Source of the DNA: Candidatus Woesearchaeota archaeon
GTDB taxonomy: Archaea > Nanobdellota > Nanobdellia > Woesearchaeales > GW2011-AR4
Direction of reading: 5' to 3'
Length of the DNA: 64,000 bases
NCBI GenBank assembly: GCA_016188245.1
Contig: JACPIE010000040.1
Location: forward strand, 64,365-128,364
Below, piece after piece: positions 45,118-55,458 of this stretch. The notes beneath the pieces are model-generated. The model was not told the origin of the DNA, did not search any database, and saw only the letters and a program-made list of their open reading frames with translations. How positions within the stretch are numbered: position 1 is the stretch's first letter; every line of letters starts with the position of its first letter. Made by a program: the position numbers and the translations under genes.

Positions 45118-45717
45118 TTATCTCGAGCTGTCTGCCTGCCTTTCAATCTCGAGCTTTTTCGATATGGCATGTGATGCGCTGCTTAGCCTGTATGCGCTTA
45201 TTATCTCTTCAGCAAGGCTGGATATGATTGATTTCTTGGTGTTAAAAGTCCTGTGGTATGCCCCCTGAGTCATGTACTTCAGGGCCAAATCAACCCTTCT
45301 TTGGGGCGAGCACTCAACTGCTTTTGGGTATCTTGCTCCCCCGTATTCTATCGTTACAATCTCTTCCCTTTGGGCGGCATTTTCCAGTGCCTTGACAAAA
45401 ACCTTGATTGGGTTTTCCTTTGTTGTTTTTTCAATCTGCCTGAAAACTTCCTCAACAATCAGGTAAGATGTCTGGGCTTTTCCGGTAATATGGCCACTGG
45501 ACTTGTAATGTTTCTTGCTTTTATGCCCCGGCACCATTATCTTGTTTATCAGCCTCTCAACAATGAATGTCTTGCTCTTGTGGAACCTGCTTCCGGCATA
45601 TCTTGCTCCTGTCTTGGGAACAATTCTCGGCTGCAGGGTAAGGTACGGCTGCAGCCCAAAGTCATCTACCTTGATGCCTTCCATTCCCCACCTGTTGAAA
45701 ACTTTTATTTCTGGCAT
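45118..45717 (-). CDS. rps7: Ribosomal protein uS7
   Basis: ERLINKIMVPGH...KVFVKALENAAQREEIVTIEYGGARYPKAVECSPQRRVDLALKYM. Confidence 0.9.
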   Translation of the reverse strand: MPEIKVFNRWGMEGIKVDDFGLQPYLTLQPRIVPKTGARYAGSRFHKSKTFIVERLINKIMVPGHKSKKHYKSSGHITGKAQTSYLIVEEVFRQIEKTTKENPIKVFVKALENAAQREEIVTIEYGGARYPKAVECSPQRRVDLALKYMTQGAYHRTFNTKKSIISSLAEEIISAYRLSSASHAISKKLEIERQADSSR

Positions 45718-45784
45718 TTTTTATTGGATTTATTTAATTTAGATTTGTTTTTTATTTTTTTGGATTTCATATTTGTATTTAATT

Positions 45785-46030
45785 TTATCTGTATGGGGAA
45801 AAAAGAGTTATTGAAACTCTTGGCACCTCTACCACTCCGCGCCCCTTTTCAGATAAGTAAAAAACCTTATCTCCAGATTCTATTCTTGCTACAAAAGCCT
45901 TAACGCCACTAACTTCTCCATCGGGGCCACTATATCTTACATATGCCCTTCTTATTTCTGGTTTTGCGGAGTCGTCATATTTCACATGCCCAACAACCGG
46001 CAATTCGCCAATCATTTTTTCATCAATCAT
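45785..46030 (-). CDS. ORFan (81 aa) inserted between rps12 and rps7
   Basis: ORF on the same strand, 20 nt after the rps12 stop. No motif recognised. Confidence 0.45.
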   Translation of the reverse strand: MIDEKMIGELPVVGHVKYDDSAKPEIRRAYVRYSGPDGEVSGVKAFVARIESGDKVFYLSEKGRGVVEVPRVSITLFSPYR

Positions 46031-46050
46031 TTTTATTTTAAAAAAAATGC

Positions 46051-46488
46051 TTATTTTCTTGCCTTTTCTATCCTTCCTTTCAATAATGCATCCAAACTCT
46101 GGTCATTTACTTTTATGACCTGCCATCTCACACCTGGAATGTCGCCCTTGCTCTTGCCCATTGCGCCGCCGATGCACTCAATGATGACTTCATCGTGCTC
46201 GTCAATCATCTTTGTAGCCCCATCTCTTGGGCAGAATGCCGTGACCTGCTTCCCGTTCTTTATGAGCTGGACCCTGACGCATTTCCTCATTGCAGAATTG
46301 GGCTGCTTTGCCTCAAGCTGGACTTTTTCAATGACAATTCCTTTTGCCTGGGATGCCCCTTCCAAGGGATCTGAGCGCGCCTTCATTCGCAGGATTCTCC
46401 TTATGTAGGGGCCGTAGTGCCACCTGCCCTCCTTTCTCCTGTTCCTGAGCCTTTTTCCGGCGAATAGTCCTCTTGCCTTTTTTCCCAT
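46051..46488 (-). CDS. rps12: Ribosomal protein uS12
   Basis: [31 protein letters not shown]...[14 protein letters not shown]. Confidence 0.95.
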   Translation of the reverse strand: MGKKARGLFAGKRLRNRRKEGRWHYGPYIRRILRMKARSDPLEGASQAKGIVIEKVQLEAKQPNSAMRKCVRVQLIKNGKQVTAFCPRDGATKMIDEHDEVIIECIGGAMGKSKGDIPGVRWQVIKVNDQSLDALLKGRIEKARK

Positions 46489-46533
46489 GTGGTTGGTATT
46501 TTTAAATGCTTTTTAAATGTTGCGTCAATATTT

Positions 46534-46938
46534 TTAGACAACCTTCACTTCCTTGACATCAAAATAGCGCTTTACAATGTTTGCCAGGTGGTTTATGCTG
46601 TGCCGTTCCCTTCCGATAAGCATCGCTCTTGTGGCAGTGTCCTTTCCGTGGATTGCCACAATCCCGTTTTCAATAGTTACATCTGAAATTTCTGCAGGAT
46701 AAACAAAATTTTTGACAAACTGCAGCACATCGCTGCTGAATTCCGCAAGCTTGATTTTTTTCTTCAGCATGCCTTCCATCTTCCTTATGTTTGAGCCGTT
46801 TCTGCCGATTGCCTTGCCTATGTCATTCTCCTCTATTATGAAAATCAGCTTTTCATTCTGTATGCAGTCCTTGACTTTGGCGCCGGTGTTTGCCTCAAAA
46901 AGCGCGATTAATTTAAGCGATTCAGAGTCAAGCTTCAT
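46534..46938 (-). CDS. nusA: Archaeal NusA-like protein (two KH domains)
   Basis: IGKAIGRNGSNIRKMEGMLKKKIKL (GxxG KH motif) and RAMLIGRERHSINHL. Start at MKLDSESLKL (46938). Confidence 0.85.
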   Translation of the reverse strand: MKLDSESLKLIALFEANTGAKVKDCIQNEKLIFIIEENDIGKAIGRNGSNIRKMEGMLKKKIKLAEFSSDVLQFVKNFVYPAEISDVTIENGIVAIHGKDTATRAMLIGRERHSINHLANIVKRYFDVKEVKVV

Positions 46939-46943
46939 CTTGC

Positions 46944-47222
46944 TCACTTGGTCTTCAGCAAAGCCAGCACAGATATAGAAAAAGGCTTTTTGCATATGAC
47001 TCCCAGCTCGTCATTTGGATAGTCAATCTTGTGCAGCTCTGTTCCGCTCAGCCCTGCATAATAGCTTATGTCCTTCTCGACTTGTGCAGGGCAGTTGGAG
47101 CTCAAAAGGATTTTTTGTATCTTTCCAAGCTTCAGGCTTTTCACAGTTTTCTCAGTGCCGATGATAACGCCGCCTGATTTCATCATTTTCTTGATTTCTG
47201 CCGAGCTTATTTTTTTGGACAT
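46944..47222 (-). CDS. rpl30e: Ribosomal protein eL30
   Basis: GGVIIGTEKTVKSLKLGKIQKILLSSNCP...ELGVICKKPFSISVLAL, in the canonical position before nusA. Confidence 0.85.
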   Translation of the reverse strand: MSKKISSAEIKKMMKSGGVIIGTEKTVKSLKLGKIQKILLSSNCPAQVEKDISYYAGLSGTELHKIDYPNDELGVICKKPFSISVLALLKTK

Positions 47223-47325
47223 TTTGTTTTGTTTGAAATGTGTTTTTTTATTCTAAAAATTTTATTGCTTTTTAATTTATCTTTAGTTTTTGGCATTAGG
47301 CAATATTGCCGCCAGTGGCAATACC

Positions 47326-47598
47326 CTAATATGGATTCAATGTCCAGTCTGTTTTTGTATTAACGCCTGCCGCATAAATCCTTTGCTCTTCGTCTGAATA
47401 GCCATATCGCTCGGCGCATTTGTCAATTAGTTCTCTTGCAATTTTCCATACCTGTTTTGAGTCATTAATTGCCAATAAATCTGTGCGCAGTAAGGCACGA
47501 ATTCCATCTTGCGCATCATTCCATCCTTGAGTGTGAATTTCAGCTACTCTTCGGGTTAATTCAATATCTTTACCATCTATTTTTATGGTCAATTGCAT
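47326..47598 (-). CDS. ORFan (90 aa) inserted between rpoA1 and rpl30e
   Basis: ORF with AT-rich flanks. The palindrome GGCAATATTGCC lies just downstream (47299-47310). Confidence 0.45.
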   Translation of the reverse strand: MQLTIKIDGKDIELTRRVAEIHTQGWNDAQDGIRALLRTDLLAINDSKQVWKIARELIDKCAERYGYSDEEQRIYAAGVNTKTDWTLNPY

Positions 47599-47623
47599 TT
47601 TTATTTAAATTTTAAAATTTATT

Positions 47624-50320
47624 CTAAACCGTATGGATTATCCTCTTAACATTAACGATTCCGTTTTCTGACTTTGAGACGTCAATGCCGTCTTCGCCGT
47701 AGTCAAACTGGATGATTTTTTTGGATGCGTCCCTTACAGTATGGTCATACTCAACTTTCAGGTCCTGCATGGCGTTTGCAAGCCTCCTGTAAAGGTAGCC
47801 GCTTTTTGGCGTTCTCAGCGCAGTGTCCATCAGTGAATCTCTTCCAGTCATGGAGCCGAAGAAGAATTCAGACGGGGTTAACCCGGACTTAAAGCCGTCG
47901 CTTATAAAGCCGTGGGCATCCGGGCTTAGGTCATTTTTCTTAAAATGGGACAATGTTCTTTGATCATAGCCTTTCTCTATCCTCTTGCCCCTCATTGCCT
48001 GCTGCCCCACACATGCCGCCATCTGCGCCAGGTTAAGCAAATTCCCTCTTGCCCCGGACTCCGCCATGATCATTGTATTTGTCCTTTTGTCGGCGTGGTT
48101 TGCAACAGTCCTTCCGGTTTCATTTCTTGCCTTGTTTAAAATTTCAAGTATCCTGAGCTCCAGGGTTTCCTGCAGTGTCTTGCCGGGAAATGTATCAAGC
48201 TTCCCTTCCTTAAACTGGATTATCAAATTGTCAACTTCTTTTTTTGCCGAATCAAGGTCTTCCTTTATCTTCATTTTTGCAGATTCCGGCAAGTCGGTGT
48301 CCGACAATGCCGAAGTAAATCCGACTCTGAGCAGGTATTCTATTCCAAGCCTGAACACCTTGCCGAGGAAGTCTATGCTCAAGTCCTTGCCGTATTTTTG
48401 ATGGATGTTTCTCAGCATAAGCCCGGATTCTTCCCCAAGTGAATTTCTGTCCAAAACTCCGGAGACCAGCTTGCCGTCTTCTATCACAACATGGGTTTCC
48501 TTGTCGCATTTTTCTTTTGACCTGTCGCAAAGCCTTGAGTGCCCGCTGTAATTAAAATTGTCAGGCAGCAAAACGCTGAACACTTCCCTGCCGGCAACGA
48601 CAGATTTTCTTGGCAGTTTTGTGAAGTCGGCAACGCCAACTGCTGCCAGCAAATCGATAGCATCTTCCCTTTTCACTGAATTATCCCTTGAAAGCATGTA
48701 GTTGCCGGATATGGCATCCTGGGTGCACCCTATTATGCTCAGCCCATATCTCAATGAGACAAGCTGTGTCTGCACTTCCATCAAAATCTCAGCCTCTGCC
48801 CTCGCCTCCTCTGTTTGTGGGATGTGCAGGTTCATTTCATCTCCGTCAAAATCCGCATTATATGGCGTGCATACAGCCGGATTGAGCCTCAAAGTTTTTC
48901 CGGGCAATACCCTTACCCGGTGGCACATCATGCTCATCCTGTGCAGGCTTGGCTGACGGTTGAAAATTGCAACATCTCCGTCCATGAGGTGCCTCTCGAC
49001 AATATAGCCCGGCTGCAGCTCTTCCAAAGAAGTTTCCTTTGTTTCTTCTGTTATTTTTTTCTTCTTGCCGTCAGGCCTTATTATATAATTTGCTCCCGGA
49101 TACTTGTCAGGCCCTTTTTCAACAAACTGCTTTAGGTATTGGATATTCCATTCGTTGACCCTTTCAGGCACGGTAAGCTTGTTTGCAATGATGAAAGGCA
49201 CGCCGACTTCATAAAGCTCAAGCATTGGATCCGGAGAGATGACTGTTCTTGCAGAGAAATTTGTTCTTTTTCCTGCCAGATTGTGCCTTATCCTTCCTTC
49301 CTTGCTTTTTATCCTCTCGGTCAGTGTCTTTAATGGCTGGCCGCTCCTATGCCTTGCAGGAGGCAGCTGCGCAATGCTGTTATCAAAAAATGTAGTGACA
49401 TGGTACTGCAGCAGGTCCCACAAGTCCTCGACAATTATTTCAGGGGCGCCTGCATTTATGTTTTCAAAAAGCCTTTGGTTAATCCTCACAATGTCGCCAA
49501 GCTTGTGTGTTAAATCGTCTTCGCTCCTTTCGCCGCTTTCAAGGGTTATGCTCGGCCTCATAGTGACCGGCGGGATTGGCAAAATTGTCATAACCATCCA
49601 TTCCGGCCTTACATGGGGCACTTTCAGCCCAAAGATTTCACAATCCGCATCCGGAATTTTTTCAAGCCTTGCCCTTATTTCTATGGGGCTCAGTCTTTTC
49701 TCATCCTCCAAGAATGTTGTCGGCTTTTCCAGTGATAATTTTCTCTGCTTGGCCTTGCAGTTCGGGCATTTTGTAGCCGTCTTCAGGCCCGCTATAATCT
49801 CCTTTACCTTCTGCCTTCTTTCCTCAATGCCGTTTTCCTTTTCAATTTCGTCAAGCTCTTCCTTTATCTTGCCTATCTTGCCGTCAGGAATCAAAATCCT
49901 GCCGCAGTCCCGGCATGTGCACTTGGCCAAGGTCATTATTATGTTTACAAACTTCACGTGGATGATTGGCCTTGCAAGCTCTATATATCCGAAATGCCCT
50001 ATGCACTCTTTCAGCTTTGAGCCGCACGTCTTGCACCTCAGCCCAGGGTCAATGACTCCCAGCCTTATGTCCATCAAGCCGCCGTCAACAGGATAGCCTT
50101 CCTTGTCATACAATTCCGGAGTGACTATCTTGGCAGATGCCATCTTCCTGATCATTTTCGGGCTCAGTACGGAAAATGCAATGCTTCTGACCTGCTTGTA
50201 GATATGCTGCTCTTCCTCAATTCTTTCGGCTTTTGCCACTTTCGCTTCGCCGCCTTCAATAGCCTGCTTCACAGCTTCAATTTCCTGCTCTTCAGCCGCT
50301 TTTTTTTCTTCGTCTGCCAT
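47624..50320 (-). CDS. rpoA1: DNA-directed RNA polymerase subunit A' (N-terminal part of the largest subunit)
   Basis: Zn-clamp CKTCGSKLKECIGHFGYIELARPIIHV and catalytic YNADFDGDEMNLHIPQT. Confidence 0.95.
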   Translation of the reverse strand: MADEEKKAAEEQEIEAVKQAIEGGEAKVAKAERIEEEQHIYKQVRSIAFSVLSPKMIRKMASAKIVTPELYDKEGYPVDGGLMDIRLGVIDPGLRCKTCGSKLKECIGHFGYIELARPIIHVKFVNIIMTLAKCTCRDCGRILIPDGKIGKIKEELDEIEKENGIEERRQKVKEIIAGLKTATKCPNCKAKQRKLSLEKPTTFLEDEKRLSPIEIRARLEKIPDADCEIFGLKVPHVRPEWMVMTILPIPPVTMRPSITLESGERSEDDLTHKLGDIVRINQRLFENINAGAPEIIVEDLWDLLQYHVTTFFDNSIAQLPPARHRSGQPLKTLTERIKSKEGRIRHNLAGKRTNFSARTVISPDPMLELYEVGVPFIIANKLTVPERVNEWNIQYLKQFVEKGPDKYPGANYIIRPDGKKKKITEETKETSLEELQPGYIVERHLMDGDVAIFNRQPSLHRMSMMCHRVRVLPGKTLRLNPAVCTPYNADFDGDEMNLHIPQTEEARAEAEILMEVQTQLVSLRYGLSIIGCTQDAISGNYMLSRDNSVKREDAIDLLAAVGVADFTKLPRKSVVAGREVFSVLLPDNFNYSGHSRLCDRSKEKCDKETHVVIEDGKLVSGVLDRNSLGEESGLMLRNIHQKYGKDLSIDFLGKVFRLGIEYLLRVGFTSALSDTDLPESAKMKIKEDLDSAKKEVDNLIIQFKEGKLDTFPGKTLQETLELRILEILNKARNETGRTVANHADKRTNTMIMAESGARGNLLNLAQMAACVGQQAMRGKRIEKGYDQRTLSHFKKNDLSPDAHGFISDGFKSGLTPSEFFFGSMTGRDSLMDTALRTPKSGYLYRRLANAMQDLKVEYDHTVRDASKKIIQFDYGEDGIDVSKSENGIVNVKRIIHTV

Positions 50321-50399
50321 TTTGTTGTTTGGGTTTTTATTTTATAATTGTTTTAATTTTATTTTTCTATTTATTTTGATTATTTTTTTAATTTTTTAG

Positions 50400-50750
50400 T
50401 TAATTTTTTTGTCCAATCTCTGCGATATGCTTATCTGAAACTTCTCTAGCTTTTGCTTCAACTTTTGCAAGATACTGATCTGCATCTTCTATCAATCTTC
50501 TAACCTGGGGGTTTGTCCCACCATACCAATTCTTTAACTTCCTATAATCCAACTCTCCAATTCTAACTTTATCTTCTTTTCCTTCAAACATTAAAAGTAC
50601 TGGTTGTCCGCCAAATGGAACAAAAGCAGCAACATGACATTCAGCTTCCAATAAACTGTAATCAGCTAACTGATCAAATGAGATAATTGTATCGATATGT
50701 GCTCCTTGAGTCACAAATCTCATAACCTGAATCGGTTTATTTTCTGGCAT
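50400..50750 (-). CDS. ORFan (116 aa) inserted between rpoA2 and rpoA1
   Basis: ORF flanked by 80-130 nt extremely AT-rich spacers. No motif recognised. Confidence 0.45.
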   Translation of the reverse strand: MPENKPIQVMRFVTQGAHIDTIISFDQLADYSLLEAECHVAAFVPFGGQPVLLMFEGKEDKVRIGELDYRKLKNWYGGTNPQVRRLIEDADQYLAKVEAKAREVSDKHIAEIGQKN

Positions 50751-50877
50751 TTTTATTTTTTAGGCATTGTACAATTTTAGTTTAGTGATTTTATAGTCAA
50801 TGTGAATTTTATTTTTTAATTTCTTTTTCTGTTGATTTCCCAACGCATTATTTTAAAATTTAAAATATAAAAAATTT

Positions 50878-52038
50878 TTATTTCTCTTTCGCGGCTTTCT
50901 GCGGCGCTTTTACAGTCAATCCAGGGAGCCCTGTTCCGATAGGAATTGCCTGGTTGATCATGACGTTTTCAACAACTGAGTCGAGATTGTCAACTTCTCC
51001 CACAAGGGCTGCATTTATTATGTGTTTTATCGGCGTTTCAAATGACGCTCTTGCCAAAACGCTTGATTTCTCGCTTACAACCCCATATCTTGTGATGCCC
51101 TTGACTGTGCCGCTGACGCACATTGTATCTGCCACAAGCATGATGTGCCTGACATCAACATTCAGGCCCTGGCTCTCTATGACTTTCAGTATCTCATTGA
51201 TAATGGCCTGGCGGGCAGCTTCTATTCCAAGCACGTGCTCGATTTCGAAAAGATTGTTGGTCGTTGTCCTGTAGGCATCAACTTCCTCGAGCTGCAGGAT
51301 ATCTGCCAGATTGGAGCCTGCAGTGATTATAACAAACTCTTCCTCTCTTTTTACAGGGAGCACCTGGAAGATTCCCTTAATCCCTTTTACGTTTATCTCC
51401 TTTATCTTTTCCTTCGTTTTGTAAGAGTCATTGAACGAGTCTTCCTTGCTCCTGGCTTTCAGCACAATCGAATCCTTGTTGTCCCTTAAGTTGTAGCCTT
51501 TCAGCTGCTTGGAGATTGCATCAAGGACTTTGCCGGTTGTAAGGTCAATTTCTTTCATCTTGTCCTTGTCAAGCTTCACTTCAATTGTCAGGTCGGCAAT
51601 GTTGATTGTGAATTCTGTTGCTATGTCCTTCAGCTTTGTCTCCTTGATTTGAAGCGCCAAATGCCTCAAATCTTCTATTTTTTTGCCTGTTGCAAAAGGC
51701 TTTTTCAGGTAAATCTCCATCATAGGGTTGTCGAGCTCTTTCCTACCGTCAAGGATTTCAATAATCCTCGGCAGTCCCAATGTCACATTCATCTCCGCAA
51801 CTCCGGCAAAATGGAAAGTGTTCAATGTCATCTGTGTGCCTGGCTCGCCGATAGATTCCGCTGCAATCAGCCCAACTGATTCGCCAGGGGCAACTCTGGA
51901 GTTTTTGTATTCCTCACAAGTCGCTTCGAGAAGCTTCTTCAATTTAGTTTCGCTGATGCCTTTTGCAATGCTATTCCTGACATCCTCGATTATTTTGGGC
52001 GGAAGCCTGTCTTCATACTCTGAGATTATGTCTGCCAT
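50878..52038 (-). CDS. rpoA2: DNA-directed RNA polymerase subunit A'' (C-terminal part, trigger loop)
   Basis: [50 protein letters not shown]. Confidence 0.95.
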   Translation of the reverse strand: MADIISEYEDRLPPKIIEDVRNSIAKGISETKLKKLLEATCEEYKNSRVAPGESVGLIAAESIGEPGTQMTLNTFHFAGVAEMNVTLGLPRIIEILDGRKELDNPMMEIYLKKPFATGKKIEDLRHLALQIKETKLKDIATEFTINIADLTIEVKLDKDKMKEIDLTTGKVLDAISKQLKGYNLRDNKDSIVLKARSKEDSFNDSYKTKEKIKEINVKGIKGIFQVLPVKREEEFVIITAGSNLADILQLEEVDAYRTTTNNLFEIEHVLGIEAARQAIINEILKVIESQGLNVDVRHIMLVADTMCVSGTVKGITRYGVVSEKSSVLARASFETPIKHIINAALVGEVDNLDSVVENVMINQAIPIGTGLPGLTVKAPQKAAKEK

Positions 52039-52074
52039 TGTGTTTTGTTATTTTATTTTTTCAAAATTTTATTA

Positions 52075-53877
52075 TCAGTACTTGCTCTCCAGCTGCAGCT
52101 TCGGATAAATCCCCAGTGACTTGAACTCATCAAGCATCAGCTTGAAGGCATAGCTTATCTCTATGTCATTCACGTCGACATTCTCGCCGCAAACCGGGCA
52201 GTATGACTTGTTCCTGTAGTTATCCCTTATTGCAATGATTCCGCAGCTGTCGCACACCGGAACAACTGTCTTGTCGCTGTCAAACCTTTCCTTCAAAAGC
52301 AATGAAGCTCCGTGGGCCACAAAAGTGTCTTTCTCCATTTCTCCCAGCCTTAATCCGCCTTCTTTTGCCCTTCCCTCTGTAGGCTGCCTTGTAAGCAGCT
52401 GGATTGGGCCTCTCGCTCTTGAATGTATTTTGTTTGCAACCATGTGCTTTAATTTCAGATAGTACATGTCTCCAATGAATATTTTTGCGTGGTATTGCTC
52501 GCCGGTCTGCCCATTGTACATTGTTTCAACGCCGCTTTCTCTGAATCCAAGGGAAAGCAATTCTTTTCTCAGCCTTTCCTCCGGCTCCGCATCAAAAGTG
52601 GTCCCGTTGATGTGCCTCCCTGCCAAAGCGCCAACTTTACCGGCCACCATTTCAATCAGATGCGATATGGTCATTCTTGAAGGTATTCCATGAGGGGAAA
52701 ATATCAAATCCGGCACTATTCCGGATGCCGAGAAGGGCATATCGCTTTGCGGAACTATCAGGCCGACAATTCCTTTTTGGCCGTGCCTGCTGGTGAATTT
52801 GTCGCCTACTTCAGGGACTCTTTCGTCCCTTAGCCTTACCTGCACAAGCCTGTTGCCTTCTTCATTTTCTGTTATCAGGACAAAATCTACAACGCCTTCT
52901 TCTCCATGCTTTAAGTTTATGGAGCTTTCCCTTCTTGTGCTTGAGGCAAGGGAATACTCTTCCATTGAGCTTAAGAACCTCGGAGGGGAAGTCTTTCCGA
53001 TGACTACATCCCCTTCCTTGACTTTTGCTTCAGGATAGATTATCCCGTCGTCCTCCAAAAACCTGTAGTCTTTTTCAGTTTTGTAGCCCTTGACTTCTTT
53101 ATCCGGAATGCAGACCTGGTCAATTAAGCCGCCTGCATACCTGAGCTCTTCTGCAATGCTTGGCCTGTAATAGGTGGATCTTCCCAGCCCTTTTTCAATA
53201 GAGCCCTTATTGAGCACGATTGCGTCTTCCATGTTGTAGCCTTTGTAGCTCATTATTGCAACAACCAGGTTTTGGCCGGCAGGATGCGTATCATACTTTG
53301 AGATATCGTGCATTATTGTATTCACTATGGGCCTTTGCGGATAGTGCATCAAATTGACGTCCATGTCCATCCTAACGGCAAAGTTGGAGGCGTAGAATCC
53401 CAATGCCTGCTTTTGGTTTTTTGAGCCCGCGTTAAGCCTTGTTGACTGGTTAAAGTTTCCATACGGGACAAGGGACGTGCAATAGCCAAGCATTCCCAAA
53501 GGAGTTATCTCGAGATGTGTATGCTCTGGCGTTAATTCGCTCTCAAAAAAGGCAATTAATGAGTTCTCTTCTTCTGCGGCATCAAGATATTCAATGACCC
53601 CTTGCTTCACCAAGTCCGACCATGAAATTTCATTTTTTTCCAATTGCTTTATGTGCTTTTCTGTGAGCAAAGGCACCCCGTCCTTGATAATTATTAATGG
53701 CCTTCTTGCCCTTCCCTTTGAGCTTTCAAGCTGCACCTCGTTTGCCCTCTCATTGTAGTGGACATTAAGCTTGTCAGGCACAGAGCCTTTTCTCCTCTCT
53801 TCCCTTAGTTTCTGCACAAATTCGATCGGGTTGTCAATATTTCCGACAAATTTGCTGTTGAGGTATACTTCTGCCAT
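52075..53877 (-). CDS. rpoB1: DNA-directed RNA polymerase subunit B' (C-terminal part of B)
   Basis: GDKFTSRHGQKGIVG, SRMTISHLIEM, GGLRLGEMEKD and C-terminal Zn ribbon CDSCG...CPVCG. Confidence 0.95.
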   Translation of the reverse strand: MAEVYLNSKFVGNIDNPIEFVQKLREERRKGSVPDKLNVHYNERANEVQLESSKGRARRPLIIIKDGVPLLTEKHIKQLEKNEISWSDLVKQGVIEYLDAAEEENSLIAFFESELTPEHTHLEITPLGMLGYCTSLVPYGNFNQSTRLNAGSKNQKQALGFYASNFAVRMDMDVNLMHYPQRPIVNTIMHDISKYDTHPAGQNLVVAIMSYKGYNMEDAIVLNKGSIEKGLGRSTYYRPSIAEELRYAGGLIDQVCIPDKEVKGYKTEKDYRFLEDDGIIYPEAKVKEGDVVIGKTSPPRFLSSMEEYSLASSTRRESSINLKHGEEGVVDFVLITENEEGNRLVQVRLRDERVPEVGDKFTSRHGQKGIVGLIVPQSDMPFSASGIVPDLIFSPHGIPSRMTISHLIEMVAGKVGALAGRHINGTTFDAEPEERLRKELLSLGFRESGVETMYNGQTGEQYHAKIFIGDMYYLKLKHMVANKIHSRARGPIQLLTRQPTEGRAKEGGLRLGEMEKDTFVAHGASLLLKERFDSDKTVVPVCDSCGIIAIRDNYRNKSYCPVCGENVDVNDIEISYAFKLMLDEFKSLGIYPKLQLESKY

Positions 53878-53970
53878 TTTTGTTCAGTTTTTATTTTGAA
53901 TTATTTTTATTTTTTGATTGCAGTTTATTGATTTTTGCTTTAATATTTATTTCCGGCTATCGTTCAGAGT

Positions 53971-55458
53971 TTATTTTATCGTCTTTACTCCCATTGACTT
54001 GAGCGATTTCAAAATTTCGTCTTCGCTTGTGTCTCCGGATATCGTGCACAGCAGCGCAAGGTTTTTTCTCAGCCCGATGTTTGTCCCTTCAGGAGTTTCT
54101 ATCGGGCACAGCCTTCCAAGGTGGGTTGTATGGAGCTCCCTTGCCTCAAAATTTTCCTGCGAAGCGCTTAGCGGGCTTACAACTCTCTGGAGGTGGGACA
54201 AAGTTTCAAGGTAGTTAAGCCTTTGAATTCTTTGGCTTATTCCTTTTCTGCCGCCTACCCAGACTCCGGTTGCCATTGATGAATATATCCTCTGGGTAAG
54301 CAATTTGTCCCTTATTATGACTTTTATCGACGGAAATTTTCCCCTCTTGACTATTCTCTGGAAATTGTAAAGCAGATCCCCTATCAAAACTTTCAGATTC
54401 AGCCTGAGAAGGTCTGCGAGCAAATCGCCGCTCATCTTGAGCCTCTTATTAATGTAGTGGTCTTTGTCATCCAGTGGGATCTCATTATTTGATGCAAGCA
54501 TATACTTCTTCAGCATTTTGCACAAGTTGTATGCCTTTGATATCCTGTCTTCCGGCTTTATGCCGAGATGAGGCAGCAAATATTTGTCAAGGATTTCCTT
54601 CATCCTGTCTATCCTCACTTCTTTTGACTGGGTAATCCCTATTTTCTTGGCTATGTAGTCCAAAGCATCCTCTTCATTTTTTATGTCGACAAACTCAAGC
54701 AGGTTGATTATTACTTCATCAAACTGCCTCTCGGGCGATATGAATTTTGTTATTTCCTCGTCTTTAAGCAGTCCAAGCGCCTTGACAACAACAATAATCG
54801 GGATCCTCTTGACCCTGGTAAATGTGATGTAGAACAAGCCGTCTTTCATCTTCTCAACAGTATGGGGAATCTTGAAAGAGCCGTATTCTGAAAACAGCTT
54901 TCCGACAATTTCGCTTGGGCCTGTCGCATCCCTTTCAGTCAAAAACCTGTTTGAAGCCAGGTCCTCTATTGTTATGAGGACTTTTTCTGTGCCATTGATG
55001 ATGAAGTAGCCGCCTGGCTCGTCAGGGTCTTCACCTCTCGCAATCAGCTCTTCCCTGCTTAGCTTATGAAGGTGGCACCATCTGCTTTTCAGCATTATTG
55101 GCAGGTTCCCAATCTGTGTGTCGAAGCTTTCACGCTGAACCCCATTAATGTGGGCGCTCACCGTAATCCAGCATGGCGCAGAATAAGTTATTTTTCTCAG
55201 CCTTGCCTCCATGGGGTAGATGTTCCTGCTTGACCCGTCAGCTTCTATCATCTTCGGCTTTTCCACCCAGATCTTGTCTAGCTTTATTTTGAATTCGTCA
55301 ATGTTGTGGGGGATGATTGTCGGAATGATCTCCCTGTTTTCTTCAATGATGTTGATAAGCTCCTTGTCTATGAAGTTGTTAAAAGACGCTATGTCGGAAT
55401 CTACAAAGCTTTGCTCTTCAAAATATTTTTGGATAAGTGTTTTGCCGTATTTATACAT
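53971..55458 (-). CDS. rpoB2: DNA-directed RNA polymerase subunit B'' (N-terminal part of B)
   Basis: SFVDSDIASFNNFIDKEL..., ...GRLCPIETPEGTNIGLRKNLA. Start at MYKYGK (ATG 55458) overlapping the rpoH stop (ATGTATAA). Confidence 0.9.
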   Translation of the reverse strand: MYKYGKTLIQKYFEEQSFVDSDIASFNNFIDKELINIIEENREIIPTIIPHNIDEFKIKLDKIWVEKPKMIEADGSSRNIYPMEARLRKITYSAPCWITVSAHINGVQRESFDTQIGNLPIMLKSRWCHLHKLSREELIARGEDPDEPGGYFIINGTEKVLITIEDLASNRFLTERDATGPSEIVGKLFSEYGSFKIPHTVEKMKDGLFYITFTRVKRIPIIVVVKALGLLKDEEITKFISPERQFDEVIINLLEFVDIKNEEDALDYIAKKIGITQSKEVRIDRMKEILDKYLLPHLGIKPEDRISKAYNLCKMLKKYMLASNNEIPLDDKDHYINKRLKMSGDLLADLLRLNLKVLIGDLLYNFQRIVKRGKFPSIKVIIRDKLLTQRIYSSMATGVWVGGRKGISQRIQRLNYLETLSHLQRVVSPLSASQENFEARELHTTHLGRLCPIETPEGTNIGLRKNLALLCTISGDTSEDEILKSLKSMGVKTIK

